Source: a bacterium (GTDB lineage: Bacteria; Hinthialibacterota; Hinthialibacteria; Hinthialibacterales; Hinthialibacteraceae). From it: a stretch of 64,000 bases of DNA. The stretch covers positions 1,024,001 to 1,088,000 of the forward strand of contig CAXXMV010000008.1 in NCBI GenBank assembly GCA_963662285.2. The letters run 5' to 3'. The position numbers and the translations under genes are program-made. Below the pieces are notes generated by a model. The model was not told the origin of the DNA and searched no databases. It saw only the letters and a program-made list of their open reading frames with translations. Of this stretch, positions 57,437-64,000 are shown in pieces (the stretch's first letter is position 1; each line of letters begins with the position of its first letter).

Positions 57437-58651
57437 ATGAGAAATTATATAGCGCTGATTCTTGTAGTTTGCTGCACCAGCCCGGTTTATGCGAATGATA
57501 ACGAAGACCTGCGGGATAAACTCAAGCCACAACGGCTTACTATAGCCATGTGGGATTACTCATGGCTCAATGGTCATTATCCCGGCGGCGACTTTGAGGA
57601 TTACGACAAAGTCACCGATGAACTCATGGAACGCGGCTTCAACACGGTTCGCATTGATGCTTTTCCCATGGTGATTGACCAGTTGATTTCTGACAAGCAG
57701 GAGATGTTCAAAGTTCCTGCTGATCCATTACTCAATTGGGGCCTCAGTAAAAAAGATTGGGAACATAATCTCGTTGCTGAATTAATCGATTTCATGACCA
57801 TAACCAGGAAGAAAGACATCAGCGTAATTCTATCTTCCTGGGGCAAGGGTGATCACCAACGCTATTCTGATGCCAAACAATTCTGGAAGGCATGGGAGAC
57901 AGTGCTGGATATCCTGCAAGAAAAAGGATTACTGGATCATGTGGTGTATGTTGATTTCGATCAGGAATTCCCATATTTCAGCCCATTCACCCCGGAACTA
58001 AACCGGTTAAGCAAGGAAGCCTCCAAACCAGCCGCAGGCCAGGCGGATGCGATGGAACAAGCCGGAACTGTCACCGGCGCCTGGAATCATGCCCAAAGAG
58101 CATTCGTGAAAGAGTATTTTGAAAGCACGCTGGCCCATTTCCATAAGAAATACCCGGATATGCGATTCACCTTTTCTCTAACATCTTTCTGGGATGAAGT
58201 TAGGTCTATTAAACCAGTAGGCTTAGACGTCCTGGAGTTGCATATATGGATCAAAGGACAACTAAATGAGTACACCGGATTCAACAAGATAAAAAAAGAC
58301 CGTAATCCAGCCAATGATTACAAAGCCTATATGGCCGGAATACGCGAGGCCATGAAGCACCAAGACGCTCTAAAGCAAAACATGCAACAACAGTTGACGA
58401 AAGCCAAGTCGTGGGCCGATGAGTTAAAGGTTCCACTTACAACCACCGAAGCCTGGGGGCCTTGGTGGCACATGGATCACCCCGATTTGGAATGGCAATG
58501 GCTTTATGATTGGTGCGACTACTGCATGGGGCTATCGAGCGAATACGGCTTTTGGGGCGTAACGCCTTGGAATTACAGTCATCCCTACTGGGAAAACTGG
58601 AGCAATATCAAGTGGTATCGCAAAGTAAATCTTCGTTTCCTGTCACGATAG
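57437..58651 (+). CDS. Cellulase-like (GH5-related) TIM-barrel protein
   Basis: LTIAMWDYSWL, DELMERGFNTVRIDAFP, ISVILSSW, LELHIW, TTTEAWGP. Confidence 0.75.
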   Translation: MRNYIALILVVCCTSPVYANDNEDLRDKLKPQRLTIAMWDYSWLNGHYPGGDFEDYDKVTDELMERGFNTVRIDAFPMVIDQLISDKQEMFKVPADPLLNWGLSKKDWEHNLVAELIDFMTITRKKDISVILSSWGKGDHQRYSDAKQFWKAWETVLDILQEKGLLDHVVYVDFDQEFPYFSPFTPELNRLSKEASKPAAGQADAMEQAGTVTGAWNHAQRAFVKEYFESTLAHFHKKYPDMRFTFSLTSFWDEVRSIKPVGLDVLELHIWIKGQLNEYTGFNKIKKDRNPANDYKAYMAGIREAMKHQDALKQNMQQQLTKAKSWADELKVPLTTTEAWGPWWHMDHPDLEWQWLYDWCDYCMGLSSEYGFWGVTPWNYSHPYWENWSNIKWYRKVNLRFLSR

Positions 58652-58782
58652 TCTTATTTGATGTATCAGCAAGACGTGATTCGTCCCCATAAATAAGGAC
58701 AATCATTGAAAAAAACAGTATTTTATATTTACATTTTGCACGAAACCACTATAGTATTAATTAGTACATTATATTTATTGGG

Positions 58783-59382
58783 ATGATAATTATGGTTGAG
58801 CAGACTCTTTCCTTAGGTAACTCTAGTTTTTCAGGTGATATGGCTAAATGCGCGGTTTGCAATAAGCCAATCGACGCCAGATGGTTGCGGCAAAATAGCC
58901 AAGTAGCCGCCATGAAAATCCGTTACGCCCTATGCGAGGAACATCATGCAAGAGAAGGCCGTTTAATGACGGCGGTTTTTCAGTGTATGCGTCTTATGGA
59001 GCGGGCCTGCAAAATCAGTAAAATTATCAACTTTTTTTCTGATGAAGCAAGCGCTAAGGAGATGTTTGAATCACCGCAAAGCGAAGTGAGAAAAGTTCAT
59101 CGCGGCGCCAAAGATCCGTTCAAAGAAGTCCGCTTACTCTATAAAGGCAAGGAAGTTCTGAATATAGACGATCTTGAGCGATGGGTGGAAAACGGCCTGC
59201 TCTTCATTAATGACGAAGGCGCGGTAGTTTCGCCAGAGCAACACTTATTACGGGAACTGAAATTTAAAGAAGAATACGTGCATGCTCCAAATGAAGCGGC
59301 TAACAAAACCAGAGCTAGAAATCTGAACCAAGGCTCTTCCAGGAATTATTCTCTTTCTAAACTGCGCAACAAAAGAGATTAA
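58783..59382 (+). CDS. Hypothetical cytoplasmic protein with a possible Zn site
   Basis: 199-aa ORF; CAVC...CEEH spacing; basic C-terminal tail. Confidence 0.6.
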   Translation: MIIMVEQTLSLGNSSFSGDMAKCAVCNKPIDARWLRQNSQVAAMKIRYALCEEHHAREGRLMTAVFQCMRLMERACKISKIINFFSDEASAKEMFESPQSEVRKVHRGAKDPFKEVRLLYKGKEVLNIDDLERWVENGLLFINDEGAVVSPEQHLLRELKFKEEYVHAPNEAANKTRARNLNQGSSRNYSLSKLRNKRD

Positions 59383-59409
59383 AATTATTTTATTAGTAAT
59401 GCTCTATCA

Positions 59410-61062
59410 TCACTTTACGCTTGTTTCCAAAATTCGTACGCGTGCTTTGGCTTTGTGAAATGTTCTCTCAAATACCTGATGATATTTCTCTAGTTTAGGG
59501 ATTAGTTTGATATATTCCTGAACTCCTGCAAAAACAGTGGGAAATATGGCAATCCCCGATGGTTCAGTAGATTCAATAATAACGATTTTATTTGATTTAT
59601 TGAGATAGAGTTCATAGTTTAGATGACGAAGCCGTTCTTCTTCGCTTAAAGCTAATACGGTTTCATGCGGTTGAAATAGGAAAAGATAATTCCAATGGCT
59701 TTGATTAGTGTATAAATCTCTCTGCAGAGTGTCTTTGCCAGTCATCAAATAGAAAGTCGCTGCCGGAGGACAATCCTGTTCGTGAGTTATAAATATGGCC
59801 ATGCTATCCGCATCAGCCATATTATCAGCCACTGCCATCAAAGGAGCGATATATACGTTTTGTTGATGCAGTTGAGGTTGCCTGAACTTGGTAGTCTGAT
59901 AATTAATAATAAAAGCCAATAAGCAGACCACTCCAACTAAACTCAGTCGTTTCCATAATAGCTTCCGTTTCTGCAAAAACAGAGTGCATAGCACTACAAC
60001 GGCTTCCCCAGCCATAATAAAGAACAGCCCCATGGTAATAAATTGAAACCGCTCTATCTTCATAGGATGCAATGTTACCGCCGCGAAATGAACCAGGCAG
60101 CAGGCCGTCACCGGACTTGATAATGTCAATTTACGCCCGAATGGAAGAGCGAGAAATACTAACGCCAGGCACAAAACGCACAACCAGGGGATAACGAAAA
60201 ACGAACCGGGAATAACCTGGGGATAATAAAACAGAGTGGAAAATCCCCAGGGATGATGAGCTGCGGGATTGTTAACCACAAAATACATCAGATTTTCCCA
60301 CTTGGTTTTACTATCCACCAGAAACCATAAAACCATCAGCAAGACCGGCAAACCAAACAGCAACAGGTTGTTGATTCTTATCATTCTACGCAGCGAACAC
60401 TTAGCCTGAAAATATTGCGCAACCAGGATTCCTGAGTATGTCAAAAACGCATAGTTGTATTTATATAAAAAGAACGATCCCAGGATCAATCCACTCCATG
60501 CCCAGCGTGACGCCTTGGCGTCATCATTTTGGGGCAGACTGAATAGAACCAGTAGAGTGAAGAACAATCCCACTCCCTCGCTCATGATGCCTACCGCCTG
60601 CTGAATCACGATTGGAGCGGTGGCGAACAATGCCCATGCAATAGTCCCGCCAATCCATGAATAAACATCACGCCGCCTTAGAAACCAGCAGAAGGTCATA
60701 ATTCCCGAAGCAAAAAAAGCCATCAGGGAAATGACTCTGGCCGCAGCTAATGATGGTCCGAAAAATGAGAAGGATAATCCGATCAGCCATGAATGAAGAG
60801 GAGGCCAGACAACTTGCGCATTGCTATGCACCCATAGATGATAAAAATCCAAGTGCTGTATATCCCGCCAGATATGAGCCCCCCAGGCGCAGCGCTCAAA
60901 TCCATCCCAACAGGGGATGCCGCCATGACGCACGGAATAAAGATATAACCAGAGAGACAGGACAATTGTCCAAATTGCCAAAAACCAACCCAAAACTTGA
61001 ACGAAATATGCATTCTTATTCTGAGCAGCCCGGTCAAACAGTGCAATAGGTTTATCATTCAT
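59410..61062 (-). CDS. GT39/ArnT-like (PMT_2) membrane glycosyltransferase
   Basis: Loop PCWDGFE...VVWPPLHSWL, GPSLAAARVISL, MSEG, FLYKYNY; many TM helices. Confidence 0.8.
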   Translation of the reverse strand: MNDKPIALFDRAAQNKNAYFVQVLGWFLAIWTIVLSLWLYLYSVRHGGIPCWDGFERCAWGAHIWRDIQHLDFYHLWVHSNAQVVWPPLHSWLIGLSFSFFGPSLAAARVISLMAFFASGIMTFCWFLRRRDVYSWIGGTIAWALFATAPIVIQQAVGIMSEGVGLFFTLLVLFSLPQNDDAKASRWAWSGLILGSFFLYKYNYAFLTYSGILVAQYFQAKCSLRRMIRINNLLLFGLPVLLMVLWFLVDSKTKWENLMYFVVNNPAAHHPWGFSTLFYYPQVIPGSFFVIPWLCVLCLALVFLALPFGRKLTLSSPVTACCLVHFAAVTLHPMKIERFQFITMGLFFIMAGEAVVVLCTLFLQKRKLLWKRLSLVGVVCLLAFIINYQTTKFRQPQLHQQNVYIAPLMAVADNMADADSMAIFITHEQDCPPAATFYLMTGKDTLQRDLYTNQSHWNYLFLFQPHETVLALSEEERLRHLNYELYLNKSNKIVIIESTEPSGIAIFPTVFAGVQEYIKLIPKLEKYHQVFERTFHKAKARVRILETSVK

Positions 61063-61255
61063 TTATATATATCATCCGTTGAAGTTATTCTGATGATCTA
61101 TTTAACCTGCGGTTTGCTTTGATGTATAGATGATGAGCCAACCAAAAGTGGATGAACTTTTTGAAAACTTTTTTATTCGTGATATTATTAAGCAGGGCAA
61201 TGGATGGATGCAGATGCTCGGGGAGTAAAATTTCCCCTTATTGGAGGATATTGTT

Positions 61256-62248
61256 ATGCAATATTGTAGAATTTTTCTAACCGTTTCTTTTTTAGTATTA
61301 CACGCCAGCATTGGATTGGTTTACGCGCAGGATATCGAACCAACCGATGAAGAGCAGTATATGCTAGAACTGATCAATCGCGCCCGTATGAATCCACCAG
61401 CCGAGGGTCAGTGGCTGGCTAACCATCCCAGTCAGAATATTCAATTCGCTTACGATTATTTTAATGTTGACCGTCAGACCATCATTGATGATTTCGCCTC
61501 TTATCCGTCTGTCCCGCCATTGGCGTTTAATGATAGCCTGATCCGCGCCGCCCGTCGTCATACCAAAGACATGAAAGACAACAACTTTCAAGATCATCCC
61601 GGCACAGATGGTTCAACCCCCGGAGACCGGATTGAAGAAGCCGGGTATGATTGGTGGACCTATGGAGAGAATGTGTACGCTTACGCCGAAAGCATAGATC
61701 ACGCTCATGCCGGTTTTGTGGTTGACTGGGGAGTCGCCAGTTTAGGCCATCGCAAGAACACCCTGGAATATGAAGGTGAGCCGCGTTGGCAAGAAATCGG
61801 CATAGGCATTTTGCGTACAGCTTCAGCCAAACTGCTGGCCGCTAAACGGCTGCGGCGCGATATCCATATTTCCGCTGGCAATACGACCACCGCCGATCAG
61901 GTCGGCCCCATACTGGTTACGGTTGATTTTGCCGCGCCATTTCAATATTCCCCGCAGGTTTTAGGAGTGGTGTATCAAGACCTGAACGAAAATCTGACTT
62001 ATGACATCGGTGAGGGGCTGGGCGGCGTTACCATTAGCGTGGAAAATTCCAACAAATCCACCGTAACTTACAGCAGCGGGGGATACTCGATTCCCTTCGC
62101 TTTGGGTGGAGAGTATAAATTGACCGCCAGCGGCGGTTTGTTAGAAGAAACCATCGAAAAAACATTCACTATAGGACTGGATAATGTAAAGGTTGATTTT
62201 CGCCTGGGCGAAGGAACCGGCGTATCCGACTGGGCCTTATTCGATTAG
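61256..62248 (+). CDS. Secreted CAP/SCP-domain protein with a C-terminal beta-sandwich
   Basis: EQYMLELINRARMNP, AARRHTKDM, GENV, LGHRKN, EIGIG; GVVYQDLNENLTYDIGEGLGGVTI. Start at ATG 61256 after GGAGG; ends TGVSDWALFD. Confidence 0.9.
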   Translation: MQYCRIFLTVSFLVLHASIGLVYAQDIEPTDEEQYMLELINRARMNPPAEGQWLANHPSQNIQFAYDYFNVDRQTIIDDFASYPSVPPLAFNDSLIRAARRHTKDMKDNNFQDHPGTDGSTPGDRIEEAGYDWWTYGENVYAYAESIDHAHAGFVVDWGVASLGHRKNTLEYEGEPRWQEIGIGILRTASAKLLAAKRLRRDIHISAGNTTTADQVGPILVTVDFAAPFQYSPQVLGVVYQDLNENLTYDIGEGLGGVTISVENSNKSTVTYSSGGYSIPFALGGEYKLTASGGLLEETIEKTFTIGLDNVKVDFRLGEGTGVSDWALFD

Positions 62249-62324
62249 TCCTATGCATTTCTTCTTGAATTATTGTAATGATTTGGTAATCACAAACGAT
62301 AAGATATTAAGAAAGTATTGATAA

Positions 62325-62362
62325 TCTGAATCCTTTCCCCAAGCCCGGGGAAAGGATTCAGA
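62325..62362. other. Perfect 16-bp stem hairpin without a U-tract
   Basis: TCTGAATCCTTTCCCC-aagccc-GGGGAAAGGATTCAGA. Confidence 0.7.
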
Positions 62363-62406
62363 CGCTTCGACTATATACGCTATGTTGATTAAAGAACTTT
62401 TATATT

Positions 62407-63576
62407 ATGGCTATGAGACGAAAAACACGAAAAAAAATACAATTTGCGTTATTGATTGTGGTCTATATTGTACTTGCGTTGGTAATGGTTCATTTGTATT
62501 TGGAACATCGGAATATAAATACACCTGAGAATTTCCCTGATCCCAATTTCCGTATAGCTGTAGAAAAATATTTACAGATTGAAACAGGAGCAAAATTCAG
62601 CACTGCGAAAGCACGAAAAAGGCAGTCATCATTGATATGCGAAGGTCGTGGTATTGGTGATTTAACTGGTATAGAATTTTTCACCCAAATAAAAAAATTG
62701 AATTGCAACAATAACCAATTAAAAACAATAGACCTTTCAAAAAATATCGGCCTGAAATTTCTTTATTGTTCGGGCAATCAATTAACCGAACTTGATTTGT
62801 CTAATCAGAAAAAATTAATGCATCTCTCATGTGAGAATAATTTGTTAAACAAATTAAACTTAACCAATCAAACAAATTTACTGCATCTCTCATGTGAGAA
62901 AAATTCGTTAAGCGAATTAAACATATCCAATCTAACGAATTTAGAATACCTTGTATGCAGTGGTAACCAGTTAACCAGTTTGGATTCTTCCCGCAATGTA
63001 CAGATTGAGTATTTAGATTGCAGCGGTAACCAGTTAACTAGTTTTGATTCTTCCCATAATGTTAAGATGGATAATTTCAATTGCAACAGTAATAAAATCT
63101 CCTCCCTTAAATTATGCGCCGGTCCCGCATTAAAAAGATTAGATTGCTGTAATAACCAATTAAGCAGTATTGATACAACTGGAATTCTAAATTTACTCAT
63201 CTTAAAATGCAGCGATAATCCATTGACACTTTTAGACTTTAGCAAAAATCCTAATTTAACAAGGTTGATATGCAGAAACACAGATATGCAAAGTTTGAAT
63301 CTAGAAGGGAATTCAGGTCTAAACCTATTGGATCTCTATAATAATAAACTCACCTCAATACCCGACTTATCAAAAAATCTTATGATTGATGCAGTAGATA
63401 TAAGGATGAATCTGCTAGGCGATGATGATAAAGAAGATATTATTGCCCTAAAAAAGATGATTCCCAAGCAAATTGGAGAAGACAAAATAAGGGATTATTA
63501 CCATTCACTCAATCAATTATATAGTGGCTTTCTTTATTCCCCCCAAATCAATCATGATCCTTATCTTGTGGATTGA
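62407..63576 (+). CDS. Membrane-anchored leucine-rich-repeat protein
   Basis: Basic N-terminus and a TM helix; FPDPNFR cap; 21-aa repeats LxxLxCxxNQLTxLDLSxN. Confidence 0.92.
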   Translation: MAMRRKTRKKIQFALLIVVYIVLALVMVHLYLEHRNINTPENFPDPNFRIAVEKYLQIETGAKFSTAKARKRQSSLICEGRGIGDLTGIEFFTQIKKLNCNNNQLKTIDLSKNIGLKFLYCSGNQLTELDLSNQKKLMHLSCENNLLNKLNLTNQTNLLHLSCEKNSLSELNISNLTNLEYLVCSGNQLTSLDSSRNVQIEYLDCSGNQLTSFDSSHNVKMDNFNCNSNKISSLKLCAGPALKRLDCCNNQLSSIDTTGILNLLILKCSDNPLTLLDFSKNPNLTRLICRNTDMQSLNLEGNSGLNLLDLYNNKLTSIPDLSKNLMIDAVDIRMNLLGDDDKEDIIALKKMIPKQIGEDKIRDYYHSLNQLYSGFLYSPQINHDPYLVD

Positions 63577-63933
63577 TAATTTTATCCATCATTTAACAAA
63601 TCCAAAGTTTTCAATGCGCATATATTCTTGTTAACCGCTATAAATAGATTTTATAAAAAAGGGCTTGCGCTCAAATCCCTTTTGCGTTAAAATTCGTATA
63701 TTGAATTTTGTATTATAGAATTAAATCTCTTGATTAGACTATATTATAAAAAGATACGGGCGTATGAACAATTCAAAGCAATGAAGAATGGATAAGTGAT
63801 ATAACCATAGCGGTTAGAGGCGTTGCAGCTACGTTTCAAAAATCTCTATTCCGGTATATATTGAATTACATTAAGTAATCAGACCAATTTACCTGGTCGC
63901 CGCAAATCTACTAAGGAAAAGCGATAGAGTCTA

Positions 63934-64000
63934 ATGTTGAACGGAAAAACTATACTAATTACAGGTGGAACAGGTTCTTTTGGTAAAAAGTTCACGAAGA
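63934..64000 (+). CDS. pseB: UDP-N-acetylglucosamine 4,6-dehydratase (PseB/CapD family), partial
   Basis: MLNGKTILITGGTGSFGKKFTK, a Rossmann-fold start typical of PseB; only 22 codons are visible. Confidence 0.65.
   Translation, partial: MLNGKTILITGGTGSFGKKFTK

Noticed and set aside
37579-63281. Numerous antisense and overlapping ORFs in the track (e.g. 37579..37959, 45427..45873, 54568..55038, 62868..63281)
   Set aside because: They overlap well-supported genes for all or nearly all of their length and show no family motifs.
1-64000. A complete DGR cassette (reverse transcriptase, template repeat, avd) inside the window
   Set aside because: No ORF with RT motifs (such as YxDD in an RT context) and no AAC-rich intergenic copy of the variable segment was seen on either strand.

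Overview
A 64 kb window of bacterial chromosome from a diderm organism (outer-membrane barrel, lipoproteins, AsmA/YdbH-type protein). The left ~32 kb is a cluster of large secreted modular proteins. Six co-oriented minus-strand genes (31954 to 5852) and one plus-strand paralog (798..3110) are built from shared modules: seven FGE-sulfatase/CLec-fold domains, Pro/Thr linkers, one intact and four catalytically dead clan-CD (C13/caspase-like) peptidase domains, and eight copies of an unnamed ~180-aa C-terminal domain. A FadL/PorV-type barrel gene sits beside the cluster. The main signal is in six of the FGE domains: they have conserved scaffolds but a hypervariable ~96-nt C-terminal segment whose codons look like A-to-N mutants of an AAC-rich template, the signature of diversity-generating retroelement (DGR) variable regions. 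Five of the six lie inside multidomain proteins, and I see no reverse transcriptase or template repeat in the window. The right half is more ordinary: tRNA-Pro(CGG), a cNMP-PP2C phosphatase, GT-C glycosyltransferases, glycoside-hydrolase-like genes, accB/accC, two Gfo/Idh/MocA oxidoreductases, a ParE-type toxin-antitoxin pair, a C1 peptidase, a small MITE, CAP and LRR proteins, and the start of pseB. Three unrelated secreted proteins share a short terminal W-x-[LQ]-[YF] motif that may be a sorting signal. All calls come from reading motifs by eye; no database searches were run.
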